Below are positions 8,416 through 20,331 of a stretch of DNA of 44,660 nt, in pieces. The notes below the pieces were generated by a model, which saw only the letters and a list, made by a program, of their open reading frames with translations, made no database searches and was not told the origin of the DNA. Source of the DNA: a bacterium (GTDB taxonomy: Bacteria > UBP15 > UBA6099 > JAJRTR01); assembly GCA_024278215.1 (NCBI GenBank), contig JAJRTR010000197.1:1-44660 (forward strand). The letters are read 5' to 3'. Position 1 is the first letter of the stretch; every line of letters begins with the position of its first letter. The translations under genes and the position numbers were made by a program.

Positions 8416-10200
8416 TCACTTACCGGCGACCCGGTTGATGATTTCCACGACCTTGTCCGGAACAAAAGGTTTGATAATGAAATCTTTCGCGCCGGCGATT
8501 ATGGCGTCCTTGACTTTTTCTTTCTGACCCAGCGCCGAGATCATTATTACATTCGCTTTCGGGTTCATTTTTTTGATAGCTTTAAGAGCTGTAAGCCCAT
8601 CGACATTCGGCATTGTTATGTCCATGGTGACGACATCCGGGTTCAGCTTACTATAAAGCTGGACAGCTATTTTGCCGTCTTCCGCTTCGCCCAGCACATT
8701 GAAATTAGCGTTTTCGAGAATATTCTTGAGTTTGTTGCGCATGAATTTAGCGTCATCGACAACCAGCACGGATTTCTTCTTTTCTTTTGTGCCGACACTT
8801 CTTGTTCTCATCTTGCCTGTCATTTCGTCATAAGAAGAAAGCGCGATGCCGCCGGTGTTTTTGTCTGCCGACAGGGTAGCAAATTTCATCGGTTTCCTTA
8901 TTCGTTCTTTCGACGCGCCGATGTATACGAAACAACCGGGGTGTATGAATTCCTCGCCCTTGACCGTCGCGAACGGGTTCACATGAATACGTGTCTTGAG
9001 CGAAGCGATCTTATTCTGGAGTGTAGATTTATTCGCCTCGAGTTTTGCGGCCATTTTTTTGTAATCTTCGATTTTATCATTCGCCACGGTCCCGGAAGTT
9101 CTCAGGCTTTTACGGATACTCTCGAGTTTGAGAACTATTTCATCGAGTTTTTTCTCCATTTCCGACATTTTGATATAGACATCGTGCTTGTATCCTGCGC
9201 GTAAATAGGTAGCTGTTTCCTTGTCGGTGCCAAGGTGTTTTGCCCTGATCTCATGGTATGCCATGATGTCGCCGCCCATGATTTTTCCTTCACGGGATGT
9301 GCATATTATCATTCCGTTGCTTCTGACTCTGCTGGAAATAATAGCTCTGTCGACAATAACATTTCCGTCTGCTTCGACTTCGGAGTTCTCGATGAATTTT
9401 GCGGATATGCTGCCTTTTGCGATAACAGCACCCTCGTTTCGAGTGATTATACCGCCCTTGACCATGATGTCGCCGTTGGAAATAACTTCGCAGGCCTGCA
9501 CGTTGCCGCCGATTGTGATGTTGCCCTCAGCTTTTACGACAAAGCCGTCCGCGATATTTCCCTTTATGTCCAGTGCGCCTGAAAAGTTTATGTTTCCTGT
9601 CGAGTAATCGACATCGCCGTTGACGACATACACAGGGTCGACGCTTACTTCGCCGTTGACTAATTTCGGAGAGCCGTCCATATCGGCGATCAACCGGGTT
9701 CCGTCTTCCGAGGCCGTCACATTTGCCCCCGCTTTGACGGATACTTCCATTCCCCATTCACCGGGTATTTTTTCACCCTTGACGTTTATGCCCTCTTCGC
9801 CTCTTGTTGCAGGTACTTTATACGCGATGACTTCACCCTTTTTGACGGACTTCACAAGGTTCAATTCGCGCAGGTCGATACGATCGCCGTCGTCTGTCGT
9901 CCGCGATGCCTCGTCTGTATCTTTCCACGTATATGTTACAGTGGCATCCTGTCCGAATCCGGGATTAGTGCCCGCGGCGGCCATGAAGTCGACATGTATC
10001 AATTTGCCTTCTTCAACGAAGGCTTCGATCCTTTCATTGTTGACAATGCCGTGGACTACGCCTGCCGCTTTCAGCGCTTTTTTCACATCAATAACATCGA
10101 CCGGTTTCCCAAAGTCGTCCGGTGGAACGATAAAAGCCACAGCGGACATTTTGTCCTCGGAAATCTCGACGGTTACTATTCCGTCCCTGTTCTCACTCAT
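8416..10200 (-). CDS. FapA (DUF342) fused to a C-terminal CheY-like receiver domain
   Basis: The DUF342 body (VNGDVDYSTGNINFSG) is followed by VLVVDDAKFMR...PDVVTMDITMP...ISA...IKPF. A GGAGGT RBS precedes ATG 10200. Confidence 0.88.
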   Translation of the reverse strand: MSENRDGIVTVEISEDKMSAVAFIVPPDDFGKPVDVIDVKKALKAAGVVHGIVNNERIEAFVEEGKLIHVDFMAAAGTNPGFGQDATVTYTWKDTDEASRTTDDGDRIDLRELNLVKSVKKGEVIAYKVPATRGEEGINVKGEKIPGEWGMEVSVKAGANVTASEDGTRLIADMDGSPKLVNGEVSVDPVYVVNGDVDYSTGNINFSGALDIKGNIADGFVVKAEGNITIGGNVQACEVISNGDIMVKGGIITRNEGAVIAKGSISAKFIENSEVEADGNVIVDRAIISSRVRSNGMIICTSREGKIMGGDIMAYHEIRAKHLGTDKETATYLRAGYKHDVYIKMSEMEKKLDEIVLKLESIRKSLRTSGTVANDKIEDYKKMAAKLEANKSTLQNKIASLKTRIHVNPFATVKGEEFIHPGCFVYIGASKERIRKPMKFATLSADKNTGGIALSSYDEMTGKMRTRSVGTKEKKKSVLVVDDAKFMRNKLKNILENANFNVLGEAEDGKIAVQLYSKLNPDVVTMDITMPNVDGLTALKAIKKMNPKANVIMISALGQKEKVKDAIIAGAKDFIIKPFVPDKVVEIINRVAGK

Positions 10201-10388
10201 TTGTCCAAACCTCCAATTAAGTCTTTCTTCTAATTCTTCAGGTTGCCACATAAAAGATGTGTCCTGAATCAAGTTGTTTTTATATCAACCCGCATTGCCT
10301 TTCAGGGCGATTCGGCGCAAAAACATTATCACGAAAAAAAAGCTATATGCAAACGTGAAAGTGTGCCGCTCTCTGTCGTATTTTTAAA

Positions 10389-11591
10389 CTATTCGGCGGT
10401 CCATCGCACCGTCACACTGGTGCCTCTTCCACATTCGGTGTCGTACTCTATCTTCCCGCCGCTTTCCTCTATCACTCCCAGCGCGATGGAGAGACCGAGC
10501 CCTGTGCCTTTCCCAATCGGTTTGGTGGTGAAGAAGGGCTCGAAAATCTTGTCTCTCTCATCTTCCGGAATGCCTTCTCCGTTGTCAGTGATTACGAGTA
10601 CCTTATTGCCGGCGGCCAATTCTGTTTTAACCTCTATAGCCGGGTCTTCAACATGTTCCAGCGCATCACAGGAATTCTGTATAAAGTTCATAATTGTATG
10701 AACCAGGTTCTGCCCATTTGCGGAAATACTCCCGACATTATCTGAAAGCATTTTCTCGACGGATATGTTCCTCAATCGTGGAGAAAGAATACTCAAAGCG
10801 TTTTCTACACAATCGTTCAGTGAGGCTTCCTGAACATCCCCCTGGTCACGTCTCGCAAATGTTCTCAATGCCATGGAAATCTGTGAAACCCTTGTGACGC
10901 CGTTTCTTATTCCCTGAAGAATCCCATCGAGATTTTGTCTGATTTTTATAATTTCTTTTTTGTCGATCCCGCTGCTTTCCAGGATTTCATCGACTCTCTT
11001 CAGGTACTTTTCGAGAGTCTGGATATTTGTGGAAATGAATGCGAGCGGATTATTTATCTCATGGGCCATGCCGGCCGACATGGTGCCGAGCACTTTCAGT
11101 CTTTCCGAATGTACGAGTTCACGCTGTTGCTGTTTTATCGTGTCGAGAGCCTCCTCGAGCTCCGAAGTCCTGTTCGCAAGGTGTTTGAGGAGTTCGCGGT
11201 TTTCCACCTTCAGCAATCTTTTCTCAGCGGCGCTGTCGATAATGCCGGGTAGAATCGAGGGCGCGTCGATGGGTTTCTTAAGGAAATCAATTGCGCCGAG
11301 CCGCATCGCTTCAAGAATATTACCGGCATTTCTGTGTGCGGAAATCACAATAACCTGTGTGTCGGAGTCTCTCTTTCGTGCAGCCTTCAGGACATCCATT
11401 CCTGATGCGCCGGGCATTTTCAGGTCGGTAAGGATAACGTCATATCTGTTCTGCTGAATCTTTTCGACAGCTTCTTCGCCACTTCCTGAAATATCGGGTT
11501 CGTAGCCGTACTTTTCAAGTATCTTCCGGAGCGTATCGAGGAACAAATCCTCGTCGTCCACAACCAGCAGTTTTAAATTCTTACGGTCCAC
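10389..11591 (-). CDS. Cytoplasmic hybrid receiver-histidine kinase (REC-coiled coil-HisKA-HATPase)
   Basis: LLVVDDE, TDLKMP, AHEINNPL, DNGEGI, FEPFFTTK..GKGTGLGLSI. Confidence 0.92.
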   Translation of the reverse strand: MDRKNLKLLVVDDEDLFLDTLRKILEKYGYEPDISGSGEEAVEKIQQNRYDVILTDLKMPGASGMDVLKAARKRDSDTQVIVISAHRNAGNILEAMRLGAIDFLKKPIDAPSILPGIIDSAAEKRLLKVENRELLKHLANRTSELEEALDTIKQQQRELVHSERLKVLGTMSAGMAHEINNPLAFISTNIQTLEKYLKRVDEILESSGIDKKEIIKIRQNLDGILQGIRNGVTRVSQISMALRTFARRDQGDVQEASLNDCVENALSILSPRLRNISVEKMLSDNVGSISANGQNLVHTIMNFIQNSCDALEHVEDPAIEVKTELAAGNKVLVITDNGEGIPEDERDKIFEPFFTTKPIGKGTGLGLSIALGVIEESGGKIEYDTECGRGTSVTVRWTAE

Positions 11592-11600
11592 CGAAACTCC

Positions 11601-13156
<1,556 letters not shown>

Positions 13157-13555
13157 CTTCCCACTCTCCAAGTATGTCGATGACAATATTTCTGATAAGC
13201 TCCGGAGTGAACGGTTTTCTAATGAAGGCTGTCACACCCTTATTTATCAGCCTTTCTATTTTCGCGCGGCTGCCCTCTGTGGAGACGACGACAGTCGGCA
13301 GATTATCAAGGATATCCTCTTTTTTCATTGTTTCTATCATTTCAACGCCATCCATCACAGGCATGTTTATATCTACAAAGACCAGATCAATCCAGTTGTT
13401 GCGCAAAATATCGAGCGCCTCTCTGCCGTTGCCTGCTTCATGCACTATCCCGACAGGTATTCCCGCTGCCGCAAGAGTCTTTTTCAGCATCGTCCTGATG
13501 ATAGTCGAATCATCAGCAGTCAGAAAATTGAAAGCCATGTCTGCTCTCTCCTCAC

Positions 13556-14041
13556 CTAAAGTTCCATTTTCTCGCCCTTGATCTTCAGGTATGTCTTTCC
13601 CGTCCCTATTTCAAGCATCATAATAATCGGATAGCTGTTACCGATGTGTTCACCGGACATGATCACATTGTTTTTCCAGAATATCTTTCGCATATAGATG
13701 TAATTTCTTCTTCCGATCTCGAACATGTCGTTTCCTTGAGTCGTTTTTCCGCCGCCCGCAACTTTTACAACCATTCTGTTCTTTTTCGCGCCAAGTTTGT
13801 AAGCTTCTTTGAACATCATTGGAATCCCGGTGTCGGCATACATGAAAGGATTTCTCTTAGCTTTGTCCGGCTCGTTTTTCGAGCCCGGGAGTTGGAAATG
13901 CAGCAGTGCTCCCACATGAACCTCAGGATCATATATTGTTATTCCTATACAGGAGCCGAGCGCGTGTGTAATGATGATGTCGTTTGGATTCGATGATATC
14001 TTCATGTCGGAAACGCCAACGACTTTTCTGTTTCTGTTCAT
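13556..14041 (-). CDS. cheD: Chemoreceptor glutamine deamidase CheD
   Basis: THALGSCIGI..YD, H..LP, YADTGIP, KVAGG, IGRRN. Confidence 0.92.
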   Translation of the reverse strand: MNRNRKVVGVSDMKISSNPNDIIITHALGSCIGITIYDPEVHVGALLHFQLPGSKNEPDKAKRNPFMYADTGIPMMFKEAYKLGAKKNRMVVKVAGGGKTTQGNDMFEIGRRNYIYMRKIFWKNNVIMSGEHIGNSYPIIMMLEIGTGKTYLKIKGEKMEL

Positions 14042-14103
14042 TCTTTATGTCCGTTTCGCTATATTCGAAAAGTATTCCCCGGATTTCAATGAGAATGAGT
14101 TCA

Positions 14104-15012
14104 TTACGATTTCCGGTAGACTGCCGGTTTTATGTATTTAAAACCATGTTTTATACTCGAAAGGCTTTCAGAATGTCCGACAAAGAAGTAGCCTCCCGGC
14201 AGTATCGCATCATAGAATTTATTGACAAGTTCCTTCTGTGTGGCCCTGTCGAAATAGATCATTACATTGCGGCAGAAAACGACGTTGAACTTTCCCTGGA
14301 AAGGCCATTGCGCCATGAGGTTGAGCTGCCTGAACCGCACAAGGGCGGTAAGGTCCGGGTTGACTTTATACTGCTCTCCTTTCCTGTTCGGATATCGTGA
14401 AAAATATTTGAGGCGGAAACCTTTGGGAGTGGCCCTGAAAGCCGAAGCATTATATATTCCCTGCTCCGCCCGGTTGAGGATTCTCGTGGAAATATCAGTC
14501 GCGAGAATAAGAGCGTCCATTCGGTGCATATTGGGGATTTGTTCTCTCATCAGCATGGCGATCGTGTAGGGTTCCTCGCCGGAAGAACATCCCGCGCTCC
14601 ATATTCTCAACTTTCTGTCTTTATCAGGATCAATCGGCTTCAGCACATTTTTTGTCAGAAAGTCGAAGTGGTCTTCTTCCCTGAAAAAGAATGTGAGATT
14701 AGTCGTCAAGACATCTACCATGTTGATCAACTCTTCGCCGGTAGCGTCCTGCTCGACGTAATGGAGATATTCTTTGTAAGTGTCGAAACCGAGTTTTCGC
14801 AGGCGCTTGTTTAGTCGTGCCTGGACGAGTTCTTTTTTACCGTCATGAAGATTTATTCGGGAAAGTTCGTAGACTTTATCGCTGATAATCTTAAATTCAC
14901 GATCCGACAACGGGCGGCTTTTAAGGATGTTGCCGACCGGGGCGTTATTGTGCTTCTCGTATGTTTTGTTATACCTGTTTTGCAAAAATACTCTTCCTGA
15001 ACACAGCTTCAA
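14104..15012 (-). CDS. cheR: Chemotaxis methyltransferase CheR
   Basis: TTNLTFFFRE, IWSAGCSSGEEPYTIAM, ATDIS, FCRNVMIYFD, GHSESL. Confidence 0.96.
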   Translation of the reverse strand: MKLCSGRVFLQNRYNKTYEKHNNAPVGNILKSRPLSDREFKIISDKVYELSRINLHDGKKELVQARLNKRLRKLGFDTYKEYLHYVEQDATGEELINMVDVLTTNLTFFFREEDHFDFLTKNVLKPIDPDKDRKLRIWSAGCSSGEEPYTIAMLMREQIPNMHRMDALILATDISTRILNRAEQGIYNASAFRATPKGFRLKYFSRYPNRKGEQYKVNPDLTALVRFRQLNLMAQWPFQGKFNVVFCRNVMIYFDRATQKELVNKFYDAILPGGYFFVGHSESLSSIKHGFKYIKPAVYRKS

Positions 15013-17648
15013 ACCGGTGCGAATTCGGCATTATTGGCAAGTCGCACAAGACCTGTCGTATCAAGTATAAGGGAGACTTTCCCGTCGCCGAGAATCGCGC
15101 CTCCGGATATACCCTCGAGATTGTCGAAAGCCCGTCCCAGCGATTTTATCACCACCTGCTGCTGGCCAAGGAGCTTATCGACCAGCAACGCGCATTTCTT
15201 GCCGTCTCCCGTGATAATGACGAGAAGCGCCTCTTCCGGTTTGGACACGGCACCTTCTATTTCAAACAACCGGTAGAGCCTGAAAAGAGGGATCAGGCTG
15301 TCCCTGACATTCAGCATTTCCCCTTTGCCCACCACGGTCTTCACCTGCCCGTTTTCAGGCCTGATGCTTTTCATGATGGCGATTGTGGGGATGATGAATT
15401 TTTCTTTTCCGACCGAAATGAGCATTCCCTCGATGATGGCGAGTGTGAGCGGCAGCCTGATTATGAATTCGGTGCCCTTGCCTTTTTGGGTTTTTATTTC
15501 CACCCGGCCCCTGAGTCCGTCTATACACTTCTTTACAACGTCCATGCCGACGCCCCTGCCGGAAACATCGGTCACCTCTTCGGCGGTCGAAAAGCCGGGT
15601 TTGAAAATGAGATTGTATATATCTTCTCGGCTGAGTTCCTGTCCCGGTTCTATCAATTGTTTAGCTTCAGCCTTTGCGCGTATCTTGTCGACATCCAGCC
15701 CTTTGCCATCGTCCGCTATTGATATTACAACATTGCCGCCCTCGTGCTTTGCCGATATACGCACACTGCCTTTTTTCGGCTTATCCGACAGGCTCCTCTC
15801 AGCCGGGGATTCAATACCGTGGTCTACAGCGTTTCTGACCATGTGCACGAGAGGGCTGCTTATCTCTTCGACAACATTTCTGTCGAGTTCGGTGTCTTCG
15901 CCGGAATAGGAAAACTCGACGGGAACGCCCGATTTTACTGAAAGATCGCGGGCGATTCTGGCCAGCTTTTGAAAAGTGCTTTTCAAGGAAATCATTCTCA
16001 TGCTGGTAGCGAGTTCCTGGAGTTCCCGCGTTATCTTGCCAAGGTGCGCGACATTCTGTGCGAGCTTCTCATTTTTTGTATCTCTTATCTCAGGTTCCTG
16101 GACGACCATCGAGTTGGCGATAACAAGCTCCCCTACAGCGTCGATAAGTGTGTCGAGTCTGCTGGTGCTGACTTTTATCATGGAACTGATGCGCGTCGAT
16201 ATCATCGGCGTCTTTACAGACGATTCTTTTTTCTGAGCCCTGAGAGCCAGCGCGACATCCTTCGCTTTTACCGCGCCTTCCTCGACAAGCAACTCGCCGA
16301 GTGGCCGTTTTTCACCGCCATGTTGTTTCTCCAGCACTTTATCGATTACTTCGCGACCGATTACTCCTGAATTCGTCAGCACTTCTCCGATCTTCTTGCC
16401 GGGAAGCATGACAACTTCCCTTTCGCTGGATTCGGCAGGGTTATCAAGCCGCGAGAGCAGTTCGTCGATACCTTCGGGCCTCACATATTTGCCGCCCGAA
16501 ATGTTTCGGCTGATGACCTCCACAAGCTCCTTGAGCATGTCGAGCGCATCGAAGCATACGTCGGCATAATTTCCTTTCAGTATTATGCGGCCCTCACGGG
16601 CATCGTCGAGCAGCGACTCCGTGCGATGGGCGATATTGCCGACATCCTTAAGCTTAAGAAAACCGGCTATCCCCTTTACGTTGTGAAACGCTCTGAAAAG
16701 TTCCTGCAAGTCCTCCTGGCTTTCAGGGTTGGTTTCGAGGCTGAGCAGCGCAGTCTCCGCATTGCTCAAATATTCCAGTGTCTCTGTCACGAAGTCCATC
16801 AACTCGCCGCGTTCGGCATCGAGGTTTATGATAATAGGTCTGTAATGCGATACAGGTTTTACAGGCTGTCCGGTCTTCTGGGGATGCACGCCGAATTTCG
16901 TGCGGATACTGTCGATCAAAGAATCTTCTATTTCAGGAATGTTGTCCGGTTTCAGGCTGTCGCAGAAGTCCGCAAGAAAATCTTTAGCAGCAAGCAGTCC
17001 GTCTGCAATATTTCTTTTCGACGCATTCTTGTTCTGTTCGATAATGCTCTCCAGGTCGTGAAGGAAGCCCGAAAGCGCTTCAAGACCGATCGCTCCCGCT
17101 TCGCCTTTCGCGTTGTGAATGTATCTTTTCACCTCGTCCAGATCGGCGCTGCCGTCATCTTTTTCCAGCGAAAGAATCTGCGATTCGAATTCATCGAGCA
17201 TCAACCTCTGATTCTGGATAAACGCATCAATGAGATCGGGAGTCACAAGTTCGTTGAAAACGCCGGATGACGGTTTGGCTGGAGACATGTCGCCTGTCGA
17301 TTCATAAATCCCGGCTTCATCTTCAGGCTCGTCCGATGCGTCCTCGTCTCCGCCTCTCATTTCGCGCTCGATGTGAGCGATCATGCCCTGCAAATCCGTT
17401 ATGTGTTCTGTGAGCTTATCCGTCAGTGCCGGGATATCTGCATCGTCCTCGATCAATTCGGTGGAAGTCTCAAGCGTGTCTCCGGCGGCAATACGAAATT
17501 CTTCCGGCATTTCTTCATTGAGCGCAAGTTTCTCCACCTGGTATATAACTGCCTCGGCGACATCCTGGTCGTCCGGCTCGAGTTCCATCACAAGAGCAGC
17601 TACAACCTCCAGTACCATTCTTGCTTCTTCTATTATGTGTTCGTTCAT
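15009..17648 (-). CDS. cheA: Chemotaxis histidine kinase CheA with two HPt domains and an MshEN-like insert
   Basis: HPt motifs YIHNAKG and AFHNVKG; LD.LIDAVGELVI; HMVRNAVDHGIE; DDGKGL; GRGVGMDVV; and a C-terminal CheW-like domain (GGAILGDG.V.LILD). Confidence 0.96.
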   Translation of the reverse strand: MNEHIIEEARMVLEVVAALVMELEPDDQDVAEAVIYQVEKLALNEEMPEEFRIAAGDTLETSTELIEDDADIPALTDKLTEHITDLQGMIAHIEREMRGGDEDASDEPEDEAGIYESTGDMSPAKPSSGVFNELVTPDLIDAFIQNQRLMLDEFESQILSLEKDDGSADLDEVKRYIHNAKGEAGAIGLEALSGFLHDLESIIEQNKNASKRNIADGLLAAKDFLADFCDSLKPDNIPEIEDSLIDSIRTKFGVHPQKTGQPVKPVSHYRPIIINLDAERGELMDFVTETLEYLSNAETALLSLETNPESQEDLQELFRAFHNVKGIAGFLKLKDVGNIAHRTESLLDDAREGRIILKGNYADVCFDALDMLKELVEVISRNISGGKYVRPEGIDELLSRLDNPAESSEREVVMLPGKKIGEVLTNSGVIGREVIDKVLEKQHGGEKRPLGELLVEEGAVKAKDVALALRAQKKESSVKTPMISTRISSMIKVSTSRLDTLIDAVGELVIANSMVVQEPEIRDTKNEKLAQNVAHLGKITRELQELATSMRMISLKSTFQKLARIARDLSVKSGVPVEFSYSGEDTELDRNVVEEISSPLVHMVRNAVDHGIESPAERSLSDKPKKGSVRISAKHEGGNVVISIADDGKGLDVDKIRAKAEAKQLIEPGQELSREDIYNLIFKPGFSTAEEVTDVSGRGVGMDVVKKCIDGLRGRVEIKTQKGKGTEFIIRLPLTLAIIEGMLISVGKEKFIIPTIAIMKSIRPENGQVKTVVGKGEMLNVRDSLIPLFRLYRLFEIEGAVSKPEEALLVIITGDGKKCALLVDKLLGQQQVVIKSLGRAFDNLEGISGGAILGDGKVSLILDTTGLVRLANNAEFAPV

Positions 17649-18082
17649 GGAGTCCCCTTGAAATTTTCAAAACCCATTCCCTTTTTCCATCTTGCTACTC
17701 TTTCGATCGCGCATTTAACAGCATCGACAAGCAAGTCAAGATCATGGAAAGGTTTCGCGAAATAATCCGCCGCGCCTGCCGAAAAGCAATCCAGTAGATA
17801 CGACATGTTGGAATATGCTGTCATTACTATCACCACGCACATCGGATTCACATCCTTGATACGCCGAAGGAGTTCTACTCCATCCATCCCCGGCATCTTT
17901 ATATCGGTAATAATGATGTTGTAGTGATCGTTCAATAACTTCTGAACCACTTCACGCGGGTCACTGCATATATCGGCATTTATACCCTCCAGATCGAAGT
18001 GCCTCTTCAGGCTTTCAAGTAGTTGCACTTCGTCGTCAACAATCAGAATGCTTTCCTGACTGTAGTCAATTTTGTTTGCCAT
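17645..18082 (-). CDS. Single-domain response regulator heading the che operon
   Basis: ILIVDDE, TDIKMPGMDG, MTAY, KPF. It has an AAGGAG RBS and an ATGA overlap with cheA. Confidence 0.9.
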   Translation of the reverse strand: MANKIDYSQESILIVDDEVQLLESLKRHFDLEGINADICSDPREVVQKLLNDHYNIIITDIKMPGMDGVELLRRIKDVNPMCVVIVMTAYSNMSYLLDCFSAGAADYFAKPFHDLDLLVDAVKCAIERVARWKKGMGFENFKGTP

Positions 18083-18195
18083 TCACATCTCCTTCGAATT
18101 AAGAAAAGCGTAATATCAGATTTTTCTCTCCACAATCCAACCGGAAATTCATCCGTAATTCTTATATATTGTAGACTAAATTATTATTTATACAG

Positions 18196-18591
18196 GAGCA
18201 GATTGCAAAATTATCTTCGCAGCCGGACGCGGCAGAAACAGAATACAGTAATCGGCTCGCACATATACAAGTAATTTACCGTATGCCCATCGTCATAGAT
18301 GACATGTAATATATCAACATCCATGCCAACTACTGAATATACGTCCCTGATCATCATCGCAAGCCGGTCGGTCAAAACACCTGTGCAGTAGGATGAAAGG
18401 GCGCGGGAGCGAGATTCTTCGCTTTACTTCGTGCCTTCAGTACGACAAACAGGGAAACGCAATAATAAAGTTCACATAATGTATTAATTACCATACAACA
18501 TGTCTGTATCTGCATATAAGTGCCGGTGTGCGATCAGAAGTCATAACAATTTCGCTCGACCTCGCTACGAACATGATTTTGAAACAGGCTC
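18196..18591. mobile_element. Degenerate MITE-family element, about 400 bp
   Basis: The left end is GAGCAGATTGCAAAATTATCTTCGCAGC. The right end, ACAATTTCGCTCGACCTCGCTACGAACATGATTTTGAAACAGGCTC, is nearly identical to the reverse complement of 232..277. Confidence 0.65.
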
Positions 18592-18697
18592 GATAGTGAT
18601 ATAGTTTTATGGAAATCCGCAACCTGAATGTTCTATACTGAATGTCATGAGGCGCATGACCGTAATACACACAGTATCATCGCGTATGTCTGTATTC

Positions 18698-19936
18698 ATG
18701 CCGGTCAAAACCGCATTTGTTATAGTTCTTCTGTTTTTTTTTGCAGGTATTTTCTCAGGCTGCGGCGGTGTCGACACTACTGTAATTACGATAACCCCCG
18801 AACCGCCGCCGACCCAATCGATAACCGGCTTCACTGCTTCGCAGGGTGACGGCACAGTTATTCTTTCATGGACGAATCCCACTTATGACGACTTTGCAGG
18901 TGTGATGATACGGCGCGGCGCGCTGGGTTTTCCCGACTCGCCCGACGCTCCGGACGCGGCATCGGATACGGTTGTTTTCAATGGTCTCGATAATACATTC
19001 ACAGACACTTCGGTCGAGACCGGTTCATCATATTATTACTCTGCTTTCGGATACGACAGAGCCGCTGTGTACTCCGAAAGATCGACTCAGACTGTTACTG
19101 TAATCTATCTGCCTTTCACGCTGGTGGCACTGCCCGACACACAGTACTACTCTCTCGATTACCCCACACTGTTCAGTTCGCAGACACAGTGGGTCGTCGA
19201 TCACGCCGAGGAAAAAAACATAAAATATGTGCTCCATGAAGGTGATGTAGTCCACAAGAACACAGATGCGGAGTGGGAAAACGCCGCATCAAGCATGTTC
19301 CTGCTCGACGGTGTGGTGCCCTATGCGATATCCGTCGGTAATCACGACTATGACGGCGACCGCGACACCACACGTTTCAACACATATTTCCCTAGATCGA
19401 AATATGCCGGCTACTCTTGGTTCGGCGGCAGCCGGGAACCGGACAGTATGGACAACACATACCATTTCTTCACAGCCGGCGGTGCCGACTGGCTCGTGCT
19501 GGCCCTCGAGTATAACCCGCGCGACGAAGTTCTGGAATGGGCGCGTGGTATCGTGGAAATGTATCCGCACAGAAAAGTGATTCTCGACACGCACGCATAC
19601 CTTTATCCGGACGACACCCGCCACAGCATCGGCAACAATGTATGGGATAAGCTTGTGCGCAAGTATAAGAACTTTATCTTCGTCGTCAACGGGCATTACA
19701 CGGATTCTGAAGCGGCGAGACTCGTAAGCGAGGGAGACAACGGCAACAAAGTGTACCAGATGTTCGCCAACTACCAGACATGGGTATTCGGCGGGCAGGG
19801 CTACATGAGAATCATCGAAGTCATACCCGAAGAATCAAAAGTGAAAGTGCGTTCATTTTCGTCGTGGCATAACGATTATCTCGAAGACTCCGACAACCAG
19901 TTTGAGTTTGATAATGTGGACCTGGCAAGCCCATAG
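18698..19936 (+). CDS. Lipoprotein with an FN3-like domain and a calcineurin-like metallophosphoesterase domain
   Basis: Lipobox FSGC; an FN3-like segment (LSWTNP...YYYSAF.YD); and metallophosphoesterase motifs LPDTQ, HEGDVV, GNHD, THAY and NGH. The start is uncertain (18647-18698). Confidence 0.85.
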   Translation: MPVKTAFVIVLLFFFAGIFSGCGGVDTTVITITPEPPPTQSITGFTASQGDGTVILSWTNPTYDDFAGVMIRRGALGFPDSPDAPDAASDTVVFNGLDNTFTDTSVETGSSYYYSAFGYDRAAVYSERSTQTVTVIYLPFTLVALPDTQYYSLDYPTLFSSQTQWVVDHAEEKNIKYVLHEGDVVHKNTDAEWENAASSMFLLDGVVPYAISVGNHDYDGDRDTTRFNTYFPRSKYAGYSWFGGSREPDSMDNTYHFFTAGGADWLVLALEYNPRDEVLEWARGIVEMYPHRKVILDTHAYLYPDDTRHSIGNNVWDKLVRKYKNFIFVVNGHYTDSEAARLVSEGDNGNKVYQMFANYQTWVFGGQGYMRIIEVIPEESKVKVRSFSSWHNDYLEDSDNQFEFDNVDLASP

Positions 19937-19986
19937 AGGTATCTCAACTTGTGGCTGACATAGCATTTCAGTCGTATAATACTATT

Positions 19987-20240
19987 GAGCAAACGGCATT
20001 GGGTTTAACCCGCACATATTTCACCAATGCGGGCTAAAAATCGGGAGAATGCCTGTAATAACAAGGCGCGACAAGTGAGTGGTAAGGGAGCAGCCGGCCA
20101 GCCGGCCTCTTGCGCAAAATGCAGGTATGTGACCGACCCCGAATCGCCACCGCAACGCAGTAAGTAGAACAGGCGTTATCGAGATTTTCCGGATTTCTTT
20201 GTGAGAAATCCCTTGCGAACAACTACCTGTGAACGGATTC
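19987..20240. repeat. Inverted copy of the 1696..1955 MITE interior
   Basis: TTTCACCAATGCGGGCTAAAAATCGGGAGAATGCC...AAGTGAGTGGTAAGGGAGCAGCCGGCCAGCCGGCCTCTTGCGC...GAATCGCCACCGCAACGCAG...TTTTCCGGATTTCTTTGTGAGAAATCC is the reverse complement of about 1754..1929. The boundaries are approximate. Confidence 0.8.
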
Positions 20241-20331
20241 AAGCATTGAATGTCGGCAAAAACAGCAGGCCATGCTTACCATCCCGAGCCCCTGCACTTT
20301 TCCGATTCCTTCCACTAAGTTTTTTCCTTAT

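Noticed and set aside
10285-10320. c-di-AMP or c-di-GMP riboswitch upstream of FapA-REC (minus strand CGCCGAATCGCCCTGAAAGGC)
   Set aside because: There is only a short hairpin. The downstream conserved riboswitch elements are absent.
10345-10370. Sigma54 promoter upstream of FapA-REC (minus strand CGGCAC...TTGC)
   Set aside because: The GG-to-GC spacing does not fit the strict -24/-12 geometry.
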